From contig OX597817.1 in assembly GCA_951406725.2 (NCBI GenBank), positions 105,152,001 to 105,216,000 of the forward strand: a stretch of 64,000 bases of DNA, written 5' to 3'. Origin of the DNA: Octopus vulgaris (lineage: Eukaryota). Below are positions 1 through 11,395 of the stretch, in pieces. The translations under genes and the position numbers were made by a program. The notes under the pieces are model-generated. The model worked only from the letters and a program-made list of their open reading frames with translations. It was not told the DNA's origin and did not search any database. Each line of letters begins with the position of its first letter. Within the stretch, counting starts at the first letter, position 1.

Positions 1-357
1 TGTAATTACTTTAATCAACTACTTTTCTATTGTTTTTGATCGATACTATGAACTTTGTCATATTAGGATGGGTAAATTAAAAATATGTACACTAAATTTG
101 CAGCACTCTCTACACACAGCACCATACTTAAGAGACAGAAGGAAAAAGAGGAAGTAAAACTATTAACAGAGAAGGAAAAAGAACGATAATAATAATCCTA
201 TAACGAGGCTCGTTATAGTTCTGGGAACATATCATTAGAAATATTTCACCTTGTTTTCAAAGACTTTATTCAAAATTGGAAAAAGTCGTTGGATGAAAAA
301 GAAAAAAAATCATCAGACGAAAAGACGTGGACGAAGTGACGTTGGACGAAAAGACAA

Positions 358-1737
358 AGCAACAATTTTTACATACCACCCAAGGCCTTTTTTCTCTGCT
401 TCGATACAGTCCTGGCAGCTGATTAAACCTCCCCACCCTTTCTTCTGGACAAGTACAGCCTATCGGTGTCACTCTTAGGGTGGAAGGCTCCGTGTACTGT
501 CAACAAGTTTCTGGTCTTGGTATCCATTTTCTTCACTTCTCTCTTTTGCCATTTTATGATTTCCGCTCCATACCGAAGTGATGTTATCGCCCACATGTTA
601 ATTGCTTGAATTTTATTTCATCCAGTCAATTTTGAGCGCAACACCAACCTCAGTCTTCGGAAATACTCCATCCTCAGTTGTTCTTTCATTTCCTTTTCCA
701 TTATCTCGTTGAACTCTAGTACCCCAAGGGTTTTGTATCCTTCCTTTTCAATTTGTTTAATCAGGTCTCTGTTCGGTAATTGTATCCCCGCTAGGGACTG
801 TACCTTGCTTCTTTTAGGTTGATTATTCCGCACTTCTTGAGTCCAAATTCCATTCTAATATCAGTACTAATACAGTGGACCGCGTTCAACAAGGAACTCA
901 CTTGAGTCTCAACTTTGCCATACAGTTTCAAATCATCCACGAATAGGTGGTTGATTATTTGAAATTTTTCCTTTGGTTGGTACTCCAGGTTCATTTTCCT
1001 AAGTACCAGGGTTAGGGCTATCATGCAGAGAACAGAAAGCAACGGGGATAGGCTATCACCCTGGAAAATCCCTCCTCTAATACTCAAGGTGCCCAAGCTT
1101 TTTTCGTAAGTTCAGTTTTTCATCTCACCATACTTCTCTTGAAAAAACACGTTACATTCCTCGCAATTCCAAACAGATTTAAGCACTCGATGAGCCACGA
1201 ATGTGGAATCATATCATAAGCTTTGAGATAGTCAATCCAGACCGTTCCCAGATTTGTTCTCCTTCGTTTACAATCTTGCATTATTGTTTTCTCTATTCAT
1301 AGTTGATCTTTGGTACCTCTGCATCTCCTTTTTGTTCGGGCGGTAATATATCGTTCTCATCAAGAAATTTATACTGTTCTGCAATTCCTCCTGACAGTAA
1401 CGAGAGGCAGGAAATTGGTCTGTAATTATCAGCAGCATTTCCCTTTGATGCATCCTTTAAGCACAACACCATTCATCCTTTTGTCAAGCAGCCCGGGATT
1501 TCGTCTTCTCCATTGATCAATGCATTAAATTCCTCTGCGATCAATTTATGGTAACTAAATCCCTGTACACCATCAGGTCCTTCTGATTGCTTATCTGTTT
1601 ATTCATATTTCAAATACCGTCTTCTGTGAAGTGGATAGGCTCTTGTGGAGGATAAGTTGTTTGCCTCAGTTTGCGGAGCCATTCAGCTGTAGTATTATGT
1701 TGTTTTTGCTTACTCCAAAATCGACTTTCATCAGCTT
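358..1737 (-). mobile_element. R4/Dong-like non-LTR retrotransposon fragment (RT region), decayed
   Basis: Minus-strand peptides GIFQGDSLSPLL, INHLFVDDLKLYG, GYKTLGVLE..EYFRRLRLVLRSKL and HGAFHPKSDTDRLYL; frameshifted; 5'-truncated end abuts (CTA)n. Confidence 0.9.
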
Positions 1738-1871
<134 letters not shown>

Positions 1872-1874
1872 GAA

Positions 1875-2055
1875 CGGACTGTCGATAGAGGGCAGGAAAA
1901 AATTGCTTGCGGTATTTGTTCCGGCTCATTACATTTTGAGTTCAAATCCCATTGAGGGGCGGATAAAATATCAACTAAGATTGATATAATTGACTAACCC
2001 ATTACCCTCAAAATCTGCTGGTCTTGTACCTAAATTAGAGTAGAGTGTTATTATT
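1875..2055 (+). mobile_element. Degraded copy of the abundant SINE family (as at 42863)
   Basis: 'ttacattttgagttcaaatccc...gatataattgact...cttgtacctaaattag' followed by (TTA)n. Confidence 0.6.
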
Positions 2056-2155
2056 ATTGCTGTTGCTGCTACAGATGGTAGCGTAAATTTTCTAATCTGC
2101 ATTACCTTGGCGTGGCGTTGTAGTCTTGGCTTTGACAATCATGTAAATGATTTTC

Positions 2156-2169
2156 GTTGCTATGGCAAC
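2156..2169. promoter_or_regulatory. RFX X-box-like palindrome GTTGCTATGGCAAC
   Basis: Matches the X-box consensus; function not shown. Confidence 0.35.
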
Positions 2170-2439
2170 AACATTGGTGCCTGTTAGAATGACGATGCTG
2201 TCGTCCTTTCTAAATATTGTGGAGTCGTTGCCGTTCTCCCCCTCTCTCTCTTTCTCTTTCTCTCTTTCTCTCTCTCTCTCATACCTTCTTATGGCGAGAA
2301 TATTATGATATAATTGGAATCCTTGTTATTTGAATGAAATTGTAGATTTCTTTAAACATAAGTGTTCAGCGAATATGAAATATCAAATATACAAATGGAA
2401 CTTCAGGCTTAAGTATGTACAATGGAAGGTAAAAGGAAA

Positions 2440-3810
2440 ATGATGGAAACATTAATTTAACGGTGGGGGAGGACAGACTCTAATATGAATAGCAACCACA
2501 GTATCACCAGTCATAACAAAAAAATATTCCGCAAATGTCGTGCTTAAATGTATGAATACAACTTAAGCAATCACAAAAAAGGAGTAGAAAAGGACGAGGT
2601 GTATCACAAAATATAGCGTGTCCTTGCTTCATCAATTTATCCAGGAAAGGGTTGGAAGGAAGAGCATAGTTTTTCAAAACACAGATGGGCTTTCTAAATG
2701 CCTTTGAAAGAAGAGTTGGTGGAATCTTTGATCGATATATGGTAAGATGTGTGTTCTATCGACCGGAACAATGCATATAGAAGCGCATTATCGAGAATCA
2801 GGCGGAAACAGGCAGTGCTTGTGCACCAAACGTCTACTCAATATTGATACCTCAGTGGAAGCGGCATTAGGAACATCAGAGTCAAGGCTAAAGATATTTG
2901 CAAGGACGTCTGCACTAACTGGTCATCATGTTTGCATAGCAGTAAGGATGCAAGATGAGATGGAAAGTGGCACACAACACCGTGGGTTCGGGTGGAGTTT
3001 GCATACACCTCAAAGTTTTGGTAGATTTTCCAAGTATCCCAAAGCAATACAAAAGTTGTACTTAATCTAAGGAGCGACGAGAAAGCCTGTCAGACTGTTA
3101 ACACTGGCGTGAATGTCCAGCTGCTACACCCGCCGTGATAAAGACCACATAAGAGGGCTTTCAACCAAGAAGAAGAAGAGCAATGGAAAAGAGTAAGCCA
3201 GCAGACAGGAATTGAGACAGCAGCAATAGCATGAAGCAGACTATGGTTACTGTTATCGCTCGTTCAAGAGGATGGTTGGTTGCAGCTTCCAGCAGAGCCA
3301 GAATGAAAACAAATGAAATTAACTCAACCTAAATGCTACCAGAACCAGAGTCCAACGACAATGCAGAATCCAAGATTCTCATCTCCCGATACAGGACCGG
3401 CCAGAAATTACAAAGAGCAATACACTACCACCACTGTCCTGCCACGACCGGGAGAGGATAAAAACTTATGAAGGGTGGAAACTGTAGAAGACAGTAAGAA
3501 GTGAAAATTGGGACAATAAAATAATATATAAATAAAGGACAAAAAGCATGTAAGGGGCTGAAGAGACGCCTGTCACCATGAAGTGTTTGAAACTTACAAT
3601 ATTTTTAAGAGAGAACCCAGACTTACTTGATTTAATGGCGATAGACGAATCAAATAGAGCGTTGATTGAAATAAGAAATGACGGAAGAGTACGAGGGGCC
3701 TCAAGGTGATAGATTGTTACTACAGACAACGACAGCGGTCTCTTCACTATTTAGGCATCGTGCCGCAGAGGATGCGGGGATCTTTCACATTGAATAAAAT
3801 ACCAATGTAT
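2440..3810 (+). mobile_element. Possible highly decayed Gypsy-like LTR retrotransposon pol remnant with PPT/LTR
   Basis: Weak RNase H-like peptides (WGR..SNH; MYEYNLSNHKKGVE); purine tract gggagagga at ~3450 precedes an LTR-like segment. Confidence 0.3.
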
Positions 3811-3974
3811 TTATTCCGGCCTTTTATTTACGTTTTGAGCTAAAATCCCGCTGAGGTCAACTGTTTTTCATCCTTCTAAAGTCAATAAAAAAAGCACCAG
3901 TCAAGCACAAGAGTAGATATAATTAATTATTCCTTCTCCCCAGATTTATAAGCTTTGCATCTTATTTAGAAACA

Positions 3975-4100
<126 letters not shown>

Positions 4101-4134
4101 GTCACATCCTCCTCCCCTTCTCTTCCTCCATCCA

Positions 4135-7100
4135 GTTTTTACTGCTCCATCAGATGCACCCTTGTGCACTTTGGGATATAGGGTTGTGTTGGTAAACCAC
4201 TTCGCTTTTGATTTATTGTGGGATTTTTGCTGTTATGGTGTTGTTTTAATGCTTCACCGGCTGAGTAGATTTGCCCAATACAAGCTGGTATTATTTTGTT
4301 GGTGTTCGTGTCAGGTGTTTGTGTTTGGTATATGTTGTGAGAGTTGAGTTACATGGTTAGTAACTGTGTAGAATGGGAGTTGTTGACGTTATATTGATTA
4401 TGTGAGAGTATGCTATGTTATTTTGCTGACAGTGGCGTTGATTGTGTAGAGTATGTGTTGCATGTCTTGATTTATATTGTTTAGTAGTGATTATGTACAG
4501 TATGTGCTCTAATAACACTGTTATTTCGTAGAAGTTTTCCATTTGGATCAGAAGGCCTGTATATATACAAATCTCTGTATGCTGGATAGGTATATTTTAT
4601 CTATATCAGCCTTGAGTTGGATATAACTATTAATCGTTACTAGAAGTTTTCTAGTGTTTCTGCCTAACTCCTCAATTTGGTTTGATTCTATTTTATTATT
4701 TTATTGGATGGTGATTATATAAGGTAAAGGATGTTTGCAGAGAGAGTACTCTTTAAGTTGTGCAATTCAACAGGATGTAAGCTGTACAAAGTAGAACTAT
4801 ATTCGGATCATGTAGGAGTTGTATGTTTTTGTTTATGTTTTCTTTTTAAATCATATGAAGACGGAGTAGCCTTCCTGTTTTTACATTCATGTCCTACATC
4901 CTTTTATTTCATTTTCAAGATGCTTGTATTTTGTTTCTCTAAATTCAGGCTAAGATCGAGACATCTCTCAGGATACAGAGTTTCGTTTCAGTCTTTGACA
5001 AATGTATATATAAGCGATGGGCCCTGATCTCCTTGTCAGTCTGGACAGCTATGAATAAGATGAATATGACCTGGTCGCTATGTATAGTATTGCATATATG
5101 TTTATACCACTTCATATCCGTTTTTACGTGGATAGATATTGGTTATTTTAGTTCCTGTTTCTACTTAACTCCAAGACTTTTAAACCATTGTTAGCTTCAT
5201 TCTGGTTCAGTTCTCTGTGATGAGTTATGTTGTGTACTGGCCATGGAATAAGTTTTCTTCTTTCTATCTTCTTTAATTTATTTTAGAATTCCGTTTTGAT
5301 TTTGTCTTTCGTTTATTTTCTCCATTTCCTCTTAATTTATCTAAAATTCGTAGGTTGTACTTCATTGTTTCCTTATATATAGAGAAAAATATTTTGTTTA
5401 GTTTCTTCCTGATTTCTTATTATACTAATCAGTTTCTATTTGTTTGCTCTTAAATATTTTTGTATTCCTACAAATTTCTAGCAATGTTTTAAAATAAAAG
5501 TATGATTCTTCTGTAGCAACCTTTTCTAATTTCTTCCTCATTTTCGTCACTTTCGCTCTTTCCTACATTTTTGTATGTGTGGTTTCTATTATAGTTCTCT
5601 AATTTTGTTGTCCGCATCGACATTAATATTCTCAGTTTTATTAATTTATCTCTTCTGATTATAGATTTCACACATTTGTTTCATCCCATACACTTATATG
5701 TCTTGGCTCAATTTATGAAAAATATTTAATCAGTTTTCAAACTAAGTTATCCATTACAAATGTTTTCAAGTCCTCTATTTAGTGGCGATGGTTTAAAATT
5801 TGCCCCAAGTATCTATAGCCATTGGGAGTTTCATACAACAGGTTAATGGTGCCAAAGCTTATCAGATATATAAACGGATAAGTAATCTTCATGAAAGATT
5901 ACTTTTCTTATGAGTATTTGGCTAGCTTTAATTATTTTGTCTTTGCCTTCTAATTATATGGTTGTTTTTTATTCTGATACATCATGGTCTATGTTCCTAG
6001 TTAGTATTTGCGTTGCTTTGTGTGGTGTGTGTCATATATCTAAAAGTGTGTATACTATCAATCCAAGTCACGTTAACGTTTCCTTCTCTCTTTATGCTTC
6101 CTTCTGTAACAGTGCGTTTCACGAATAGCTGCTCTTTAGAGCCATACATTTCTTTCCAGCACTCTTTCTACTCCTCTGACGAAATAGTGAAAATTCATAT
6201 GAATTATTTCCCACGTTTAACTGTCAAGTACGAATATTTCTTTTGGTAAAATTCCATCTCTATTTCAGCTGAAAAAGTTATTAAAATCTATCTGCTTCTC
6301 AGTATTGTATGTATTGCCAGTGAAGATCATTAGATCGTTAATAAATAAATTATAAGTTACATTGTTGTTTCTATCTGTGGCGGAACACATTAGGTATGAC
6401 CGAATGGTTATTATGAGATTTCAAATGACAGTAAATAGGGAAGCATGTATTCTTATCAAACGTAGTGAATCGGACAGTTATGAGTGAGTAGTAGTCAAAA
6501 ACTCGCTGTTATAAAGATTGTGCTTATTTTTCTTGACTTTAGACACAATGATGGTTGGGTAGATGCTCACATTTCCTTCTTTCAATCTACCTGCTCATTA
6601 GTTATTACCTTGTTAAATTTACATTAGTTTTAAAGAAATTGAGACAGTTTGTCAAGTGTGTTTTGATTTTTAACTACAAAATTTGTTTATGCTACGATAA
6701 GCCAGTCGAGCATGACAATTTAGTCTTCCACAGATCATTTGAATATTCAGATGACTGACTTTTTGTAAAAGGTCAACATCTTGTACCAGAATTCAGCCAT
6801 CAAGTTTCATGGCCACGGGTTTAGTGATAGTTTCAGAGATAATAGTTATATGTTTTTACTGATGGTAGCTGATGCAGTATCCAGACTTGATTCTTTGCAG
6901 CAATAATACATTAGTTTTTGAAATAGTTTTCCTTTCAGATCTTAGATCTAAATTATTTAAGATTTTGAAACAGAGACTATTTTTAGAGAGAATTTGTTTT
7001 CTTTAATCTTACATTATACAGCTTGTGGTTAAAGAAAACCTGAAAATAATGATGGTGTGTTGACCGTATTTGGTAGTAGATTTTTTCACTCAGCGATTTG

Positions 7101-7900
7101 AGTTCATGTTTCAGAGTTTATTTTCTTAGTCTTCATGTTTTAAGAGCTATTAATTTACTTGTGTTTGAAGTGTAATACCACTCCATCTTTTTGAAAGTTT
7201 TCTTTCTCGTAATACACAGTTCACGTTGCACTATAAAAAGGTTTCTAAGTATCCAATTCTACGGTGCATGTTGTTGCACTGAAGAATGTTGGTGACATTT
7301 TTCTCTTGTTTTGTTATTCAGCCGACTGACTCACGTTTAGTTTATTACTATATACACATCGGGTATCTTCTAGGTGTTGTATCAGAGTGATCATTATTAT
7401 TTCGTACCTGTATATTGTTTATCAAATTATCTAAATAACAAGAGGTTTGGATATTTGGGATTGTTGTTTGCAAGATTAGAAAGAAAAAAATTTTTAAATA
7501 ATGTATGTTGGATACAGGCATATAGTGGTTGTGTAATATGTTTTATCACAGCTTTTAATAGTTAGTGATATCCTCGATAACCTTTAATATGAGAGTTGTT
7601 GTTGTTGTTTTACCTATCGTCGCCTTAAAGGTTAACGTTGGTTTAAAGAAACTAAAAAAATTCTCAAACTGCATTTTAGATTGTTTTTAAACTGTACGTG
7701 TTCTCGGTTTTATAAACATGAGTGATGATGGAGGCGATGATCTCGGAAGTGTGTTTACTTTTTTATCGCTCTCTTTTCTGACAGATTTGGGATGGTTGAT
7801 TGTTCTAATTTGAAAATCGACCAAAGTTAGAGGAGTTGGAATAATAGTGACTATCCATGGCACCATATGTTTGAATTATGAAAGATTTATATTGTCAAAG
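4135..7900 (-). mobile_element. Old, long R4/Dong-like LINE copy
   Basis: Minus-strand remnants NVNVTWIDS (~AWIDY), IFHEDYLS (~IFQGDSLS), EEIRKGCYRRI and ITVLLEHIL (~ALLGTAHIL); 3' UTR end resembles 23120-23175; 5' limit uncertain. Confidence 0.65.
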
Positions 7901-8094
7901 CTATTTAGTACAATGGTTTAAGCCGAGGTGGATATTTCCTCAGTAATTCTTTAACTGCTTTACAGAAGGTCTTCCTCGTTTTTTTTTCAGAAGTAAAGAC
8001 TGACCGAGTGAAGGGAGAAACATTTTTACGAAAGTTCCCAGAACATTTCACATCAACATCACTCCGTCTAAACATAGTTTTCTCATATTTCACC

Positions 8095-8500
8095 TAGCAG
8101 GTAAGCATGTGGGAACTGACTGTGCCCTGGAAAGAACACGTGAGAGGAAGCTTACCAAATACCAGGGGCTGGTAGATCAGTACAGAAGCCAAGGCTAGGA
8201 AAGGCTCACTACGAGTCAAATGAAGTAGGCTGCAAGGGTTTTGTAGTGCGTTCACTCTGCAAAGCTCTGACTGGGCTTGAATTTACTTGCGCAGTAAAGG
8301 GAGAGGTGTTACGCATACCATCAACAAGGCTGCAGCGAAGGCAGCTTGATGGCTTGGGATGAAGGGAGCAAACCCGTTGTTTGCTGCTTCTGGGATGCAA
8401 GCTTGGACTTGATCAAATTTAGCTGTATCAACTGGGCGAGGAGATTAGATGTTGAAAGACTCGAAACTCCCTAAGACCAAAAGAACATTACTAAAGAACT
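8095..8500 (+). mobile_element. HERO/R2-like LINE 3' end (restriction-like endonuclease plus 3' UTR)
   Basis: WELTVPW, ERKLTKYQGLVDQYRSQG, EVGCKGFVVRSLCKAL and KAAAKAA*WL across frameshifts. Confidence 0.85.
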
Positions 8501-8580
8501 GAACGTCGCATTTGATAGCTCAGTGATTTGGTAGTTTCGCGTTTTGAGAAATATATCCTATATATAAAGAGAAAGAGAAC

Positions 8581-8624
<44 letters not shown>

Positions 8625-8628
8625 CATG

Positions 8629-8658
<30 letters not shown>

Positions 8659-8659
<1 letters not shown>

Positions 8660-9252
8660 CATAAATGAGGGCAAGGGAAAAAAATTTCTAATGCCAAATA
8701 TGCCGAAAAATTGGACATATTGTCCATTAACCATATAATTTTTTCACAATACGCACGCTACTCGAATAAAGGTCGACAGAAATTTCTAAAAATTCCATTA
8801 TTACCATATCGGACCGATTTCAGAGTTAGCTACTAAGAGCCCTCTTTTCGTCAGTGATACATGTGGCAAAAGAAATAAATGAGATACTTACTCATACCCA
8901 TGAAAGAAGCAAACACTAAGTCATGGGCACAACTAAGTACCCCAAATACATCCAAAATAGAAATACTGGGGTACTTAGTTGTGCCCATGACTTAGTGTTT
9001 GCTTCTTTCATGGGTATGAGTAAGTATCTCATTTATTTCTTTTACCACATGTATCACTGACGAAGAGAGGGCTCTTAGTAGCTAACTCTGAAATCGGTCC
9101 GATATGGTAATAATGGAACTTTTTAGAAATTTCTGTCGACCTTTATTCGAGTAGCGTGCGTATTGTGAAAAAATTATATGGTTAATGGACAATATGTCAA
9201 ATTTTTCGGCATATTTGGCATTAGAAATTTTTTCCCTTGCCCTCATTTATGA
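8659..9252. mobile_element. Penelope-like (pLTR-derived) fold-back element; arms 8659-8944 and 8967-9252
   Basis: ~286-bp inverted arms with about 4 differences and a 22-nt spacer; follows (TA)n; each arm carries an HHR. Confidence 0.85.
9052..9109 (+). ncRNA. Type I hammerhead ribozyme (mirror copy at 8802-8859 on the - strand)
   Basis: Stem I tatca/tggta; CTGACGA 9057-9063; stem II agag/ctct; GAAA 9090-9093; stem III tcg-gtc-cga; cleavage site TA 9103-9104. Confidence 0.8.
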
Positions 9253-9360
9253 ATTATATAAATTTAACCGTTAAAGGTATTTTTTAATATGCTGGCCATT
9301 GATAAAATTGTTTTCGAGAAAATAATTTTTTTTTTCGAAAAAGAATTTTATCCTCACATT

Positions 9361-9429
<69 letters not shown>

Positions 9430-9432
<3 letters not shown>

Positions 9433-9742
9433 AGATGTACTTGCATAGCAAGTGACCTGATCTGAGATCGTGTGCTGGAACAAAAACAATTGCAGCGTGG
9501 AAGGTGTTTATAAGCCATTTAAGAAACACACAAAAACCGTTAGATTCACTTCAACATTTAAATTTAATTAATTTGTCAGAATATTTTCAACGCTTTGAGA
9601 CCGCGACCTGTTCAGTGAACAGTGAATAGGTCGCGGTCTCAAAGCGACGAAAATATTCTGACAAATTAAATTTAAATGTTGAAGTGACTCTAACGGTTTT
9701 TGTGTGTTTCTAAATGGCTTATAAACACCTTCCACGCTGCAG

Positions 9743-9744
<2 letters not shown>
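9430..9744. mobile_element. Second PLE-like fold-back (palindrome 9488-9744) between (TA)n tracts, with a variant HHR at its centre
   Basis: ~125-bp inverted arms; gtcgc/gcgac-GAAA-atat-TC-tgac at 9630-9662. Confidence 0.75.
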
Positions 9745-9800
<56 letters not shown>

Positions 9801-9803
<3 letters not shown>

Positions 9804-10285
9804 AGAAAAAAGCAACAAGAATGGATTAGTTGTTCAGTACAATTGTTTCATACGAAGAACAGCTTTATTAAAAGCTGCAAATATTGCAGCAAATACAAGT
9901 GTCCCGTATTCATCAGCCAAAACACATATGAGTTTTCCAAACATCCTAGGGGTGAGACAACACTCATGAACTATCGAAGAGAGTTCTATAAAAAGCAAAG
10001 TTAGATTGTAAGCAGACTCATATGGAAAACTCATATGTGTTTTGGCTGATGAATACGGGACACTTGTATTTGCTGCAATATTTGCAGCTTTGAATAAAGC
10101 TGTTGTTCGTATGAAACAATTGTACTGAACAACTAATCCATTCTTGTTGCTTTTTTCTTGTTTATAATCACCCCACATTATTTTATGGTTAATACCATAT
10201 AGATTTCTGGTGCATCTAAGTTAAGTACCGCATTCATGTGAATTCATTGGAACTCACTTGAATCTTAATTGCTTTTACTGAAAGT
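9801..10285. mobile_element. Third PLE-like fold-back (arms 9801-9939 and 10023-10161) with a unique tail, flanked by (TA)n
   Basis: 139-bp near-perfect inverted arms, 83-nt spacer, HHR in each arm. Confidence 0.85.
10041..10129 (+). ncRNA. Type I hammerhead ribozyme with branched stem II (mirror copy in the left arm)
   Basis: tttgg-CTGATGA (10046-10052)-atacggg...ttcgtat-GAAA (10113-10116)-caattg-TA-ctgaa; stem III is palindromic. Confidence 0.85.
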
Positions 10286-10364
10286 ATATATATATATATA
10301 TAACGGGAAGGTTTATGAAAATAAACAAAAGACGAAGGCAGGTGGAATACAAACAATTGTATTA

Positions 10365-10404
<40 letters not shown>

Positions 10405-11237
10405 TTTTACCTTGTTAACAATTAACACGGAAAAAATAAATAAATAGTTACCAGGGCAGCAAAAATCTCACAAGTAAAGGTGTTGTAACTCCTTGTTTAT
10501 AAAGGTAGAATTAAATTTATGTCAAGTAACTCTACGGTTAAAAATTCTATATACCAGTGTATAATCAGTACTAAAGTAATAAAGTACGATTTTACATTGG
10601 AAGCACATCGTTAGAGTTATCTAAAAGAATTTCTATCCATTACTCAACATTTAGGGATAGAAATAAACGGATAGTACCGGTCTCAGCAAACTGATTTGGG
10701 ATTTAAAAGACCACAATGAACAATTTCATTTAGAATGGTTGATTCTCTCAATTTCGATACCATATGACAAAGGCAAGAAATTCTGTCTTCTCTGCAATTC
10801 TGAGCTATTTTTCATTATTTTTTCTAAAAATACTCTAGTAAACACGGTTATAGAGCAAGCATACAGATGAAAGCATTGGCAAAAACATACATTTAGTGCA
10901 TATAAGTAGTCTCTATCATTATATATAATTTAAACTTTAATTTCCTTTATATTTAATATTCACTATTAATATCCCTACTGTTTCTATTAGCTACTTATGA
11001 CGTTATATCATATAACGTTTTTTTAAACAATATTAATAGCATTCTGTCTATCGCTATACAAGTCCATCATTTTTTGCTAAAATGTCTTACTGACGAGTTT
11101 CGTTTTTTTCACTTTCCTGAGGAGAAGATTGCATTGTTTATACCATTTATTCTTTTGAATAGTATCAGTGGAATTTTCGAAACATGTGTCGAAAGTAAAA
11201 ATATTTGATTACACCTGCGTTAACTCCATTTTTTTAA

Positions 11238-11240
<3 letters not shown>
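10405..11240 (+). mobile_element. 5'-truncated Penelope-like element: GIY-YIG endonuclease remnant (~10520-10908) plus 3' pLTR
   Basis: NSIYQCII..., IYIGSTSLELSKRISIHYSTF, STGLSKLIWDLKD, EWLIL...PYDKGKKFCLLCNSELFFI; flanked by (TA)n. Confidence 0.9.
11111..11196 (+). ncRNA. Type I hammerhead ribozyme in the PLE pLTR
   Basis: Perfect stem I actttc/gaaagt; CTGAGGA 11117-11123; stem II gaagatt/aattttc; GAAA-catgtg-TC; predicted cut after C11190. Confidence 0.88.
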
Positions 11241-11321
<81 letters not shown>

Positions 11322-11339
11322 CATATATATATATATATT

Positions 11340-11391
<52 letters not shown>
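11241..11391. repeat. (TA)n microsatellite
   Basis: Directly visible. Confidence 0.98.

Positions 11392-11395
<4 letters not shown>

Noticed and set aside
6170-6215. CTGACGA-aatagt-GAAA-attcatatgaat-TA hammerhead-like string
   Set aside because: No stem I pairing and at most 1 bp of stem II; it lies antisense within a LINE remnant and is likely chance.
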